Below, piece after piece: positions 1 to 9,161 of a DNA stretch of 64,000 bases. Origin of the DNA: Verrucomicrobiota bacterium (lineage in GTDB: Bacteria; Verrucomicrobiota; Kiritimatiellia; CAIQIC01). The notes beneath the pieces were generated by a model. That model was not told the DNA's origin and made no database searches. It saw only the letters and a list, made by a program, of their open reading frames with translations. The translations under genes and the position numbers were made by a program. The first letter of the stretch is position 1. Every line of letters begins with the position of its first letter. The stretch is from the NCBI GenBank assembly GCA_004321905.1, contig SCQF01000012.1:5411-69410 (forward strand). Direction: 5' to 3'.

Positions 1-172
1 GGGCTGTCGAGACACGCCCTTGCCCGCTGATAAAACCAACAATCAGTGGAATGCTCGCCAGATGACAGGGGCTAAGCACGATGCTCAAGATGCCCCATGC
101 CGAGGCAGCCGCCAGCGCGATGAGTGGCACGCCTTCGACGGCATGACTTAAGCTGGAAAAGAGGTGTTCCAT
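1..172 (-). CDS. Cytochrome c biogenesis/DsbD-type thiol transporter (CcdA family), 5' part; runs off window start
   Basis: Manual translation from ATG at 172: MEHLFSSLSHAVEGVPLIALAAASAWGILSIVLSPCHLASIPLIVGFISG. The LSPC motif in a TM helix is CcdA-like, and it follows thioredoxin genes. Confidence 0.75.
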   Translation of the reverse strand, partial: MEHLFSSLSHAVEGVPLIALAAASAWGILSIVLSPCHLASIPLIVGFISGQGRVSTA

Positions 173-173
173 G

Positions 174-572
174 TTACTTTGTTGTGCTGAGGTCTACCCC
201 GAGTTCTTTCCACTTGGCCAAGATGTCATCTTTCCCAAAGAACCCCTCGTGGCGGAACAGTTCCTTGCCGTTTGCCGCATAAAAAATCTGCGTCGGGATC
301 AAGTTGATCTTGTACGGCTTGCCCGCGTCGGGATTTTTCCAAACGTCAATGAACTCCACCCGGAATTTGTTCGCGTAGTTCTTCTTTAGGTCTTCCAGGA
401 TCGGCACCATCATTCGGCATGGGATGCATTTTCCCGCGCCAAGGTCTACGAGTTTCGGCAGTGCTGGCTTGGTGCCGGCAGCGGGGGGCGGGGCGTTTGT
501 TGCGTCCGTCGCTATCGCAGCCAAGAGCCATACGCTTGCCAGCGCCGCAACCAGCCATATATCTTTTTTCAT
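174..572 (-). CDS. Exported thioredoxin-family protein
   Basis: MKKDIWLVAALASVWLLAA signal peptide, LVDLGAGKCIPC (CxxC), IPTQIF cis-Pro motif. Start placed at ATG 572, with AGGAA upstream. Confidence 0.85.
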   Translation of the reverse strand: MKKDIWLVAALASVWLLAAIATDATNAPPPAAGTKPALPKLVDLGAGKCIPCRMMVPILEDLKKNYANKFRVEFIDVWKNPDAGKPYKINLIPTQIFYAANGKELFRHEGFFGKDDILAKWKELGVDLSTTK

Positions 573-604
573 GTTCCTGTTTCCTCGCCGGTTTCTGGCC
601 GGTT

Positions 605-839
605 TCACCTGATGAGCTTTGCGATCTCGCCGGCACTCAAGACCTTGCCGACGCACAACACCGTACCGTCCACCGCCAACGCGGGGGGTTAACATCACGC
701 CGAAACTCTGGATTTGGTTGATTTCGGTGACTTTCGCCAACTCATATTCAATGCCGAGCGCCTTGGCTGCAGTTTCGGCATTTGTGGCGAGCACTTTACA
801 TTTCGCACAGCTCATACCGAGCACTTGGATCTTTTTCAT
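605..839 (-). pseudogene. Small redox-active disulfide protein 2 (MTH895/TM0996-like), frameshifted
   Basis: MKKIQVLGMSCAKC...GVMLTP, then one extra base in the G6 run at 683-688. Removing one base gives ALAVDGTVLCVGKVLSAGEIAKLIR* (77 aa), the family-typical end. Confidence 0.8.
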
Positions 840-931
840 TTAATCCCTCGCATGATCGCATGAAACAGAAAATCCACCGGCAGGCCTATCCAGCATTATC
901 GGACAGCGGCCCGACCAATCCCTAAACACGT

Positions 932-1261
932 TCATGCCTTTCGTGTGGCTACAGTAGCCAATCGCGATTTCCGCACCGCATCGGATTGCATCACACCTAG
1001 CGTGCAGTCGAGGGCTTGCAAGATGCAGGGACATTCGAGGTGGTGAATGACGCGCATACCCGCGCGGCGTTCAATGACGATACCCGCGGTTTTGAGCTGG
1101 GCCAAATGCCGGCTGATAACGGAAGGGTCCACGCGCGCCAGGAAGCGTAGATCGGACACACAGCGGTCTCCCCGGCTAAGCTCGTCCACCATCATCAGGC
1201 GGGTGGGATTGGCCAAGGCCTTCAGAATTTTGGCTCGCGCCACAGCGTCGTCACGTTTCAT
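932..1261 (-). CDS. ArsR/SmtB family transcriptional regulator
   Basis: ILKALANPTRLMMV...CVSDL...ISRHLAQLKTAGIV winged HTH; C-terminal CPC...C residues. Confidence 0.9.
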   Translation of the reverse strand: MKRDDAVARAKILKALANPTRLMMVDELSRGDRCVSDLRFLARVDPSVISRHLAQLKTAGIVIERRAGMRVIHHLECPCILQALDCTLGVMQSDAVRKSRLATVATRKA

Positions 1262-1267
1262 AAGAAG

Positions 1268-1297
1268 GACTATATGCAGATGTGTGCATATAGTCAA
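1268..1297 (-). promoter_or_regulatory. Sigma70 promoter overlapped by an ArsR-type inverted-repeat operator; probably leaderless mRNA
   Basis: Minus strand reads TTGACT-17 bp-TATAGT-7 bp-ATG. Perfect 11-bp inverted repeat GACTATATGCA (1268-1278)/TGCATATAGTC (1285-1295). Confidence 0.8.
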
Positions 1298-1439
1298 ATA
1301 CTCTCTTCGCGATATCCTTTTAATATGCACACCGTCTTCGATGTCGCGGAATATCAGGGCAGGGTTCGGATTACTAATTTGAAAGGGACGACGATGGCGC
1401 GAATTTGACGAGGCCGTTTCTAACTACAACGTGCGACGC

Positions 1440-2375
1440 TTAACCCAGCCGGTCGCCGACTCGCAGACGCGCGCCGTTGCTGAATGCTGTGGCGGACATG
1501 GGCTGCTTGCCTTCCGGCTGGACCTCCGCCAAGCACAACGCAGCTCGACCTGTCGCGACGATTAAACCGTGGGCGGCGGTTTTCAGGATCAGACCCGGCT
1601 CGCCGCTGCCGGTTTCAAGGGATGCTTTGAGCACTTTGACGCGCTTGGCGGAATCATGCGGCCAGACGAAATAACAACCCGGCCATGGGAAAAAACCGCG
1701 AATCCGGTTGTGCAGTGTGGCTGCCGATTGTGACCAGTCCAAGCGGCCGTTTTCTTTCCGGAGCATGGGCGCACGCGTAGCCAGCGCGTCGTTTTGTGGT
1801 GTACGTTTGACCACACCGGCGCGGATATCCTCGATTGCGGATAACAAAAGTTTTGCACCCAGCGCCGCCAGCCGTGGCGACAACGTGGCGGTGGTGTCGG
1901 CGGACGCAATCGGCATATGCGCTTGCGCGAGGATGTCGCCGGCATCCATTTTTTCGATTAAATAGATAATCGAAACGCCGGTTTCTGTCTCGCCATTGGT
2001 AATGGCCCACTGAATCGGCGCCGCACCGCGATATTTCGGTAGCAGCGAAGGATGCACGTTGATTACGCCGTGCGTTGGTAAGTCCAGCAAGGCGCGCGGC
2101 AAAAATTGGCCGTACGCAGCGACGGCGATCAAGTCGGGGCGTAGCGCAGCAAGCTGCGCGACGAATTCCGGCGCGGCGCATTTCTCCGGCGTCAGCACCG
2201 ATACGCCGCGACTTGTCGCCAGTTGCTTCACCGGACACGCCGTCAAACGCAGATGACGGCCCCGCGGCCGATCCGGTTGTGTGACCACCGCCACCAACTC
2301 ATCTTGTGGCGAGGCCAGCAGTCGCTCGACCGCGGGGCAACCCAACTCGCCTGATCCCATGAAAACAATGCGCAT
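1440..2375 (-). CDS. fmt: Methionyl-tRNA formyltransferase
   Basis: MRIVFMGS, VVTQPDRP, INVHPSLLPKYRGAAPIQ, MDAGDI motifs. Confidence 0.97.
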   Translation of the reverse strand: MRIVFMGSGELGCPAVERLLASPQDELVAVVTQPDRPRGRHLRLTACPVKQLATSRGVSVLTPEKCAAPEFVAQLAALRPDLIAVAAYGQFLPRALLDLPTHGVINVHPSLLPKYRGAAPIQWAITNGETETGVSIIYLIEKMDAGDILAQAHMPIASADTTATLSPRLAALGAKLLLSAIEDIRAGVVKRTPQNDALATRAPMLRKENGRLDWSQSAATLHNRIRGFFPWPGCYFVWPHDSAKRVKVLKASLETGSGEPGLILKTAAHGLIVATGRAALCLAEVQPEGKQPMSATAFSNGARLRVGDRLG

Positions 2376-2414
2376 ACGTAGTTTTTAGCACGCCGGACGA
2401 TGCGGCGCACGGAG

Positions 2415-2433
2415 TTTTCCAAGGCTTGGAAAA
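2415..2433. repeat. Singlet of dispersed palindrome TTTTCCAAGGCTTGGAAAA
   Basis: Exact consensus copy in the intergenic gap, 15 nt past the NUDIX gene stop. Confidence 0.9.
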
Positions 2434-2448
2434 GTGTTCGGGGTGCCG

Positions 2449-2898
2449 TCAAAACGTACTCGCCCAGCGATTCGGTCCGGTGCCAGCACGCAACCAGCCG
2501 GGCAGGAGCCGTGCCACGATGCGCGGTTCGAGCCTGGATCGGGCGAGCGATGTGAGCGGCCACCAGATGAATTCCAACTTTTCCTCCGCGGATGCCGGTG
2601 GTTGCCGCAACGTGGCGCGGGGCAACCGGAAGGTGAAAACAAAATTAATTTCCGTTACGCGATGATCGGTTTCATCGAAAGCGTGCTGAACAACACCTAA
2701 CAACCGGCCGACGGCGCAGCGCAGGCCGAGTTCTTCGGCAAGTTCGCGGCGGAGTGCGTCGGGTGCGCGCTCCTCGCCTTCGAGGTGGCCGCCGGGTAGG
2801 TAAACGTTGCCTTTCTTCCGGTTGCGGCAGAGCAAAATATGGCCGCGGTACAGGCAGGCACCACGGGCAATAATTTCGGGAGCATTCTCGGGTTGCAT
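2449..2898 (-). CDS. NUDIX hydrolase
   Basis: Nudix box LPGGHLEGEERAPDALRRELAEELG. Confidence 0.85.
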   Translation of the reverse strand: MQPENAPEIIARGACLYRGHILLCRNRKKGNVYLPGGHLEGEERAPDALRRELAEELGLRCAVGRLLGVVQHAFDETDHRVTEINFVFTFRLPRATLRQPPASAEEKLEFIWWPLTSLARSRLEPRIVARLLPGWLRAGTGPNRWASTF

Positions 2899-2921
2899 AT
2901 TTCACGCTTGCCATCACCGAC

Positions 2922-3005
2922 TGGTGGGCGAGGGGGGACTTGAACCCCCACGGCTTGCGCCACAAGATCCTAAGTCTTGCGTGTCTGCCATTCCACCACT
3001 CGCCC
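2922..3005 (-). tRNA. tRNA-Leu(TAG)
   Basis: Reverse complement GGGCGAGTGGTGGAATGGCAGACACGCAAGACTTAGGATCTTG...GGTTCAAGTCCCCCCTCGCCCACCA: anticodon TAG, long variable arm, encoded CCA. Confidence 0.97.
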
Positions 3006-3103
3006 GCTAAACGGTGGAGAAGTTTATCCGCTTTGCCGGCGACCGCAATACGAAACGGATTGTAGCGAAGGGAACACAACGACCCACATTTTGCGCCACT
3101 CGT

Positions 3104-4000
3104 TCAGCAGCAAACGGGTGTGGCGAGCGGATCACCGGGACGTGGTTGGGCTTTCCAGCGGCGGTGAATCCAAATCCACTGATCGGGATGCGCGCGGATT
3201 TCGCGTTCGAGAATGGACGTGTAAAGCTGCGTGTAACGCAAGACGGTTTCCGGCGTGCGGTCGGGCGGCGGCTCGATCACGGGCAGAATGCGGATGTGGT
3301 GGCCACCATCTGCGCGGCGTTGGATGAAGACAGGGATCACCGGCGCCTGCGCTTGCGAAGCGAGTACGGCCAACCCCGGCGAGGTGCTGGCGGGGCGTCC
3401 GAAAAATTGCACGAACACGCCTTTGTCGTGCGGCCGGTTTTGGTCGAGCATGAAGCCGACCAGCTTGTTTTCGCGTAGCGCCCGGATGCAGGTGCGGGCC
3501 GCGTTGTGGGCATAGACGACGGTGATGCCGTAACGCTGGCGCAGGCGATTCCAGAGTTCATCCACGGCGGTGTTTTTGAATTTCTTGGCGACGATCGAGA
3601 GTTGATATTTACGCTGGGCGGTGTACATCGCGAGCAATTCCCAACTGCCGTAGTGCGCCATGAGAATCAACGCGCCACGCCCGCGCGCAAGGGCCGCGGT
3701 GACGATTTCTTCGCCTTCGACGCTGAATAAGTCGCGGATATTTTCATCCGCGCCGCCGGCTTCGCGCAGAATTTCCACGAGATTGGTGGCCAAATTTCGA
3801 TACATGCCGTTGAGTGCGGCGACGGCGGCGGTGGGCGTGAGTTCCGGCAAGCTGCGGCGCAGTGCGGCGAGCGCCTCGGCGCGGCGCTGGCGGACGATAT
3901 GGCCATAGAACCAGCCGAGTCGCGCGCCGAGCCGCAATATCGTAGGGCGCGACACGCGCGCGAGGCCACGGGAAATGCCGTTGAGTATAAAGTGAAGCAT
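3104..4000 (-). CDS. Lipid A lauroyl/lysophospholipid acyltransferase (HtrB/LpxL family)
   Basis: AHYGSWE, LDQN, FFGRPAST, PDQWIWIHRRWK motifs. Confidence 0.9.
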   Translation of the reverse strand: MLHFILNGISRGLARVSRPTILRLGARLGWFYGHIVRQRRAEALAALRRSLPELTPTAAVAALNGMYRNLATNLVEILREAGGADENIRDLFSVEGEEIVTAALARGRGALILMAHYGSWELLAMYTAQRKYQLSIVAKKFKNTAVDELWNRLRQRYGITVVYAHNAARTCIRALRENKLVGFMLDQNRPHDKGVFVQFFGRPASTSPGLAVLASQAQAPVIPVFIQRRADGGHHIRILPVIEPPPDRTPETVLRYTQLYTSILEREIRAHPDQWIWIHRRWKAQPRPGDPLATPVCC

Positions 4001-4028
4001 GCGCCGGAAAGAATAAGCTTTCGCGGAT

Positions 4029-4075
4029 GAAAACGCCAAGCCGCAAAGCGGGATTCTTTGCGGCTTGGCATTTTC
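4029..4075. terminator. Long hairpin, probable intrinsic terminator of the SPFH operon
   Basis: GAAAACGCCAAGCCGCAAAG-7 nt-CTTTGCGGCTTGGCATTTTC, 9 nt after the stop at 4085. Confidence 0.75.
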
Positions 4076-4084
4076 GCGTGCGGT

Positions 4085-5878
4085 CTATTTTTGCAAGGGC
4101 CGCGGTTTTTGCAGCATTTTGGCGCCGCCGAGATCGCCGAGCGTCGCACGCTCAAGATCGGTCCAGAGCGTGCCTTCGCCGGCGTGCAGGATGTTGATTC
4201 GCACGGCGGGGTTCAGGTTCTTGGCGAGTTCGGCGAGCGTATAGGCCTGCGGATCGCCGAGTGCGGTGGCCTTGAGTTGGAAGCCCTTGGCTTTTTCGCC
4301 TTCGACCATCTGGGTTTTTTCGGCCTGCGCCTTGCCCAGTTTTTTGACCTTTTCGGCGCGTTGCACCGCGGTTTGCTGTTCGACGAGCGCGGCCTGCTTG
4401 ATCGTCTCGGCCTGAATTTCTGCGACCATCTTCTCCTGCGTGGCGCGGATTTCCGCTTTGAGTTTGGCGGTTTCTTGTGCGACCTCGGCGCCGCGCTGCT
4501 CGATCAGCGACTGCTCGGTATTGAGTTGCGCCAACCGCCGCGCGGTGTTCTGCTTCTCGCGGTTGGTCAGGTCCTGCTCCACCGCGATGCTCGCCTGTTG
4601 GATGGGATCAAGAATCTGATCGGGCACATTGACGTGCCGAATCAGCGCGTTGTGGATGGAGATGTTTTTCTCCGCCAAACTTTTCTTGAGACTTTCGGTC
4701 AGGTCGGTCTGGAATTTTTCGCGGCCCTCGCCGACGATGAAATCCACTGCGCGATAGGCCGAGCCTTTGAGCCGCGAAATGGAGAGAATCTTCGGCATGA
4801 TGATTTTATCCACGACCGCGGGCAGATCGCCGTAGTCGCGGAAGATGGTCGGAATTTTGTCGGGCAGCAGCTCGAATTCCACCGTCATGTCGAGGCTGAT
4901 CTCGAAACCGTCGCGCGACGGGAATCCGACGAACTGGTTGAGCACAAACGTCGGCGTTTGGGCCTGTGCTTCGCCCGGTCGGCGCGGCTTGCCGCCCATC
5001 GCAGGTGCGGCGGCGGGCGCCAGATCGCGTCGAACGCTAGATTTTTTGTGAGAGTATAAAAGCGAGTCATAGGACGCGGGGGTCGCGGCCACGCCTTCTG
5101 CTTCATTGACGGCGATCTGCATTTTCCCGCCTTGAGCCTGGATTTCTTTGGCGCGCTGTTCGGCCTGACTTTCCAGCACTTTGAATTGCAGCGCGTTCAT
5201 TGCCTCGTTTTTGCTGGCGATCGCGCCTTTGGTGATGATGGCGCTACCCGCTTTGCCGAGCATCGAAACCTGGTTCAAGCCGACTTCGAGCACATCCACC
5301 TTGAATTCCTTCGGGTTGACGTAATAAAGCCCCGGCTGCAAAACGTCGGAGCGGATACCCTTTTGGTTCGCACCGGCAAATTGGCCCTCTGGCGCTTTTG
5401 CGCCGGCAAGCGAAGTGACCACGCCAACGTAGCCGATCGGAATCGAGATCGCGTCCAGTACGTCAATTTGATAACCGGATGGATTCAGGCGGTATTTGCC
5501 CGGGCCGAGCACCCCGCGCGAGATACCCTTTTGCCCCGGATTAGCGAGAAATTCGCCCTGCGGTAAGTCGTTGCCGACTTTGGAGGTCACAATGCCGACT
5601 TTGCCGGGCGGAATGCTGACCAGCGGTTCAATCTGGTGCTCGAAAAGATAGGGGTTCAGGAAATGCCGGCCCTCGCCGAGCACGTCTTCCTGCACGCCCT
5701 TCTGACCCTTGTGCGCCAAAATTTGGCCCGGCCCCAGCGGCTCGCCTTCCTTGGCGATGATCACCGCCATGTGATCTGCCGGCACATAGAAGCGGCAGAA
5801 GCCCCATTCCCAAAAGAGCCACAAACCGCCGACGGCCAGCACTATCAATACAATCAAAATGCCCAGTGATTTTTTCAT
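4085..5878 (-). CDS. SPFH/Band 7 family membrane protein with three N-terminal repeats
   Basis: N-terminal TM helix, three IPxGxVGVV...GQKG...VLxPGxYxxNP repeats, SPFH core (FPSRDGFEISLDMTVEF), C-terminal coiled coil. Confidence 0.88.
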   Translation of the reverse strand: MKKSLGILIVLIVLAVGGLWLFWEWGFCRFYVPADHMAVIIAKEGEPLGPGQILAHKGQKGVQEDVLGEGRHFLNPYLFEHQIEPLVSIPPGKVGIVTSKVGNDLPQGEFLANPGQKGISRGVLGPGKYRLNPSGYQIDVLDAISIPIGYVGVVTSLAGAKAPEGQFAGANQKGIRSDVLQPGLYYVNPKEFKVDVLEVGLNQVSMLGKAGSAIITKGAIASKNEAMNALQFKVLESQAEQRAKEIQAQGGKMQIAVNEAEGVAATPASYDSLLYSHKKSSVRRDLAPAAAPAMGGKPRRPGEAQAQTPTFVLNQFVGFPSRDGFEISLDMTVEFELLPDKIPTIFRDYGDLPAVVDKIIMPKILSISRLKGSAYRAVDFIVGEGREKFQTDLTESLKKSLAEKNISIHNALIRHVNVPDQILDPIQQASIAVEQDLTNREKQNTARRLAQLNTEQSLIEQRGAEVAQETAKLKAEIRATQEKMVAEIQAETIKQAALVEQQTAVQRAEKVKKLGKAQAEKTQMVEGEKAKGFQLKATALGDPQAYTLAELAKNLNPAVRINILHAGEGTLWTDLERATLGDLGGAKMLQKPRPLQK

Positions 5879-7428
5879 TTTCCAGCCTCCTTATGCGCTG
5901 CTGTCGGCAGGTAGGGCAGGAACAAACCGCCCAACCCATCCGCTTGATCGGTGGCGAGGATCGTCTCAATCCGCGGTCCGACTTTCTGATAGAAGAGATA
6001 GCGCGCGTAGTTCAAGCCGCTGCCGAACGCCAGCGCTTGATTTTGAAACACCTTGGCTTCGGCCTCGTTGTTGAGCCGGACAACCGTTTGATCGCCGCCG
6101 GCCTCGGCAATCACCGCCGCCGCTTGCGCCTCGGCGGCGTCGTTTTCCAGCTTGGCCACGGCGAGCCCCTGCTGCGCGGCGGTCAGCCGTACTTGCTGTT
6201 CCTGCTTGGCGAGAATCGTCGCCTGTAATTGCAAGGTCTCGGCCTGCACCTTTTCCTGATTCTGACGCGCGAGCATTTCCTGTCGCGTCAGTTCAGCCTT
6301 GGACTTGGCCTGCTCGATTTGCTGGTCATACATCTTCGCCGTCTGCTTGGCCAACTCGCGGTCGCGAATGATGCTGGCGATTTGATCCGGCACGGTGATG
6401 TTGCGAATCAGCACCGACCGAATCGCCACACCCGCCGCTTTGCACGTTTCGCGCAGATGCGCTTCGAGGTTGTTCTGAAACGCCTGCCGCATCTCGCCGA
6501 CGATATAGTTCAATGCCGGATTTTTGCTGCCTTCGATCCGGCTGAATCCACGGGCGCGCGGCAAAATGACTTTCTTGAGCACGTCGTCCATGTCGCCGAC
6601 TTGATGCGTCAGCAGCGCGGCCTTGTCGCGGAGCAGCGCGAATTCCAGCGTGCCTTCGACGTGAACGGTGAAGCCATCCATCGTCAGGAAATTGATCGAG
6701 TCATCGCCACTCATCTCGAAGCGCTGGCTCCGCAAATTCACTTCGTTCACGTTGAACAAATAGGGATTGAGGTAATGCGTGCCGGGGTCGAGCACCTCCG
6801 CCTGCACGCCTTTCAAATCGGCGCCGACGATGAACGTATTTCGCTGCTCCGCCGGAATGCTGTTCGAGAGCGGATCCTTGCCGACCAGCCGCGTCACCAC
6901 GCCGACGCAGCCCGGGCGGATGGCGATCGCATCGAAAATCTGCACCTGATAGGCGTAGGGATTGATGAAATGCTTACCCGGTCCGAGCACGTCCGGCAGC
7001 ATACCCTTGGTGTCTTTACCCGCAAGAATCTGGCCCGGCGGCAAATCTTGGCCATAGAGCCGCGTCAGCACGCCGAGCTTGCCCGCCGGGATATCGGTGA
7101 CCGGTACGATCTGCCGATCCCACGAATACGGATTTTTGAAATAGCGGCCCGGCGAGAGCACGTCGAGTTGAATGCCCTTCTGCTCCGGCTGCAACGCGAG
7201 GATTTCGCCCGACGGCAAATTCGCGCCGGTCTTGTGAATCATCACCGCGAGTTCGTCCGCGCCCGGTTCGATGCGCCAGAAAAACCAGACCCAGCCCGGC
7301 AGCACCACAACCAAGCCGATCGCGAGCAGCGCCAGCACCGTGGCGATGCCGATGCCGCGCCCGAGCGACGGCAACGTCGAGCGTGACGGAATGGGCGGCG
7401 GCGAACTCCAACCATGTTCTCGTTCCAT
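5875..7428 (-). CDS. SPFH/Band 7 family membrane protein (paralog), three N-terminal repeats
   Basis: Same architecture (FLTMDGFTVHVEGTLEF); overlaps the next gene by ATGA. Confidence 0.88.
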   Translation of the reverse strand: MEREHGWSSPPPIPSRSTLPSLGRGIGIATVLALLAIGLVVVLPGWVWFFWRIEPGADELAVMIHKTGANLPSGEILALQPEQKGIQLDVLSPGRYFKNPYSWDRQIVPVTDIPAGKLGVLTRLYGQDLPPGQILAGKDTKGMLPDVLGPGKHFINPYAYQVQIFDAIAIRPGCVGVVTRLVGKDPLSNSIPAEQRNTFIVGADLKGVQAEVLDPGTHYLNPYLFNVNEVNLRSQRFEMSGDDSINFLTMDGFTVHVEGTLEFALLRDKAALLTHQVGDMDDVLKKVILPRARGFSRIEGSKNPALNYIVGEMRQAFQNNLEAHLRETCKAAGVAIRSVLIRNITVPDQIASIIRDRELAKQTAKMYDQQIEQAKSKAELTRQEMLARQNQEKVQAETLQLQATILAKQEQQVRLTAAQQGLAVAKLENDAAEAQAAAVIAEAGGDQTVVRLNNEAEAKVFQNQALAFGSGLNYARYLFYQKVGPRIETILATDQADGLGGLFLPYLPTAAHKEAGK

Positions 7429-7470
7429 AGCATCCTCCGATTTGTGGCGACTCTAGCACGCGGGCTCCGG

Positions 7471-7521
7471 TTTTCCAAGGTTTGGAAAAGGGAACAGGCG
7501 TTTTTCCCAAACCTTGGAAAA
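7471..7521. repeat. Palindrome doublet (19+13+19 bp)
   Basis: TTTTCCAAGGTTTGGAAAA / 13 nt / TTTCCCAAACCTTGGAAAA. Confidence 0.9.
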
Positions 7522-7541
7522 CCGCCCATCCGCTATGCGCC

Positions 7542-9161
7542 TCAATTCTTTGTCTTCGCCGCGACCTTGCGGGCCTGTTCCACCAACTCGGCCAAGGCGG
7601 CGGCGGGTACGACATGGAGGCGCTGCTCCTGCTGCAAGGCGAGATCGAACGGCATGGATTTACGCGAAGGCCGGCGGTTCATGGCCATCGGCTGCAAGGC
7701 CGTCACGCCCAGCAGACGACCATCGGCTAGAAAAATGGGTACACCCAACGGATTCTCGCCACCGGGATGGCCGTCGGTCAAATAGAAGACGCGCGGCTGG
7801 GTGATGCAGGCCGTGATTTTGCCGGTATCGGCGGTGAGGGTATAATGGTGCGAGCGATCAAGGCGGCTGATCGCGAGCACGTCGTCGAAGAGCTCTGCTT
7901 TGGCGTTCGGCTGCAAGGCGAGCGCGGGCCAAGCGGGGATTTTTTCGCCGGACTTCGGCGCGGGCGCAAGCACGGTCAACATCAGGTCGTCGTCTTGCAA
8001 GACGATGCGGGCGGGCACTTCCGTCCCGTCATGCAGCACAAAGTTCAGATGCTGCTCTTCATATTTGAGCTCGGCGGTCTTGCCGCTGTTGCCGCAGATC
8101 GCGAAACCCGCGCGGTCCACCAGCGTGGCGACGCATTCGACGTTTTGTTCGTGCGGCTTCGCGTTGTGGCCGTCGTTATACTTGAGGGAGCCACGCAACG
8201 TGACGATCGCGTCCTGCCGGGCCGCGATGAACGCGCGCGCCTGTTCACCGGAAATTTCGCCGAGCGTCGTTGGTCCCGCCGCGCGAGTGAGCGCCGGTGG
8301 CGGTTGGGCCACCGTGATAACGCGCGCGGTGGCTTTTTGGGCGCGCGCCACCAAGTCGCGCACGTCTGCGACCGGTAAAATGATCGACAGAGGCCGCACT
8401 TGGTTTTCCGATATCTTTTCGAGTTGCTCCAAATCGGGTGGGCGGAAATCCACCGAGCCGATGCCGATCAAGCGGCCATCGGTGGCAAAAACAGGCAGGC
8501 CCAGCGGCACGATTTCCGTCATGAACATGTGGCACGCCCGCGGCTTGGTCAACGCATTCACCGGCAGGCCACGCACCACCAGCGGGGTGCGCTGACAAGC
8601 TTCACCGGTGCGACTGAGCACCAGACAGGGCGCGTGCAACGCCGGCGTTGCTTCACCCGTCAGCGCTAGCGCGGGGAACGCGGACGTTTTTGCGCCGGCT
8701 TGCGGCTCGATGGCGAGCACGGTGAGGCCGAGGTCGTCATCCTGGGTGACCACGCGTGCCGGTACTTCCGTTTTATCCGCAAGCAGAACGCGCAACTTTT
8801 CCAAGTGCGCCTTGAACTCGATTTCGAACGATTGGTCGCCACGCTGAATATGCAGCGGGCCGTGGAACATGCTGCTCACAGGGTCCAGCAACAAGTTGCC
8901 CGCCACGACCCAACCGGTGGCATCCACAATCGTCGCCGGGGCTTCCACCGGCGCTTCATTTTCCTGCTTCATGCCCAGACCTTTCACGGTCATGGTGGTC
9001 TTGAGCGTGCCCAACACCGTGACGATCGAATTTTGATGCGCGGCCACCAAGTGCCGGGCGAGCGCGGCGCTGCCGCCCATCGCATGCGATCCCGACCGGC
9101 TGGAGACGCAACCGGCGAGTGCGAGCAGCACCACTGCGGGAATCGCGTATAAAATTTTCAT
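7542..9161 (-). CDS. Lipoprotein with two trypsin-like (S1) domains lacking catalytic residues
   Basis: Lipobox LAGC. Two repeats of T[IL]VDxxG...DxTEVPARxVxQDDDL...PLG[LV]P[VI]FxxDGRL[IL]G, with no TNxH or GNSGG. Confidence 0.65.
   Translation of the reverse strand: MKILYAIPAVVLLALAGCVSSRSGSHAMGGSAALARHLVAAHQNSIVTVLGTLKTTMTVKGLGMKQENEAPVEAPATIVDATGWVVAGNLLLDPVSSMFHGPLHIQRGDQSFEIEFKAHLEKLRVLLADKTEVPARVVTQDDDLGLTVLAIEPQAGAKTSAFPALALTGEATPALHAPCLVLSRTGEACQRTPLVVRGLPVNALTKPRACHMFMTEIVPLGLPVFATDGRLIGIGSVDFRPPDLEQLEKISENQVRPLSIILPVADVRDLVARAQKATARVITVAQPPPALTRAAGPTTLGEISGEQARAFIAARQDAIVTLRGSLKYNDGHNAKPHEQNVECVATLVDRAGFAICGNSGKTAELKYEEQHLNFVLHDGTEVPARIVLQDDDLMLTVLAPAPKSGEKIPAWPALALQPNAKAELFDDVLAISRLDRSHHYTLTADTGKITACITQPRVFYLTDGHPGGENPLGVPIFLADGRLLGVTALQPMAMNRRPSRKSMPFDLALQQEQRLHVVPAAALAELVEQARKVAAKTKN

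Noticed and set aside
4058..7386. Long plus-strand ORFs opposite the SPFH genes, and similar antisense ORFs elsewhere
   Set aside because: Shadow frames expected in high-GC coding DNA; no motifs or RBS.
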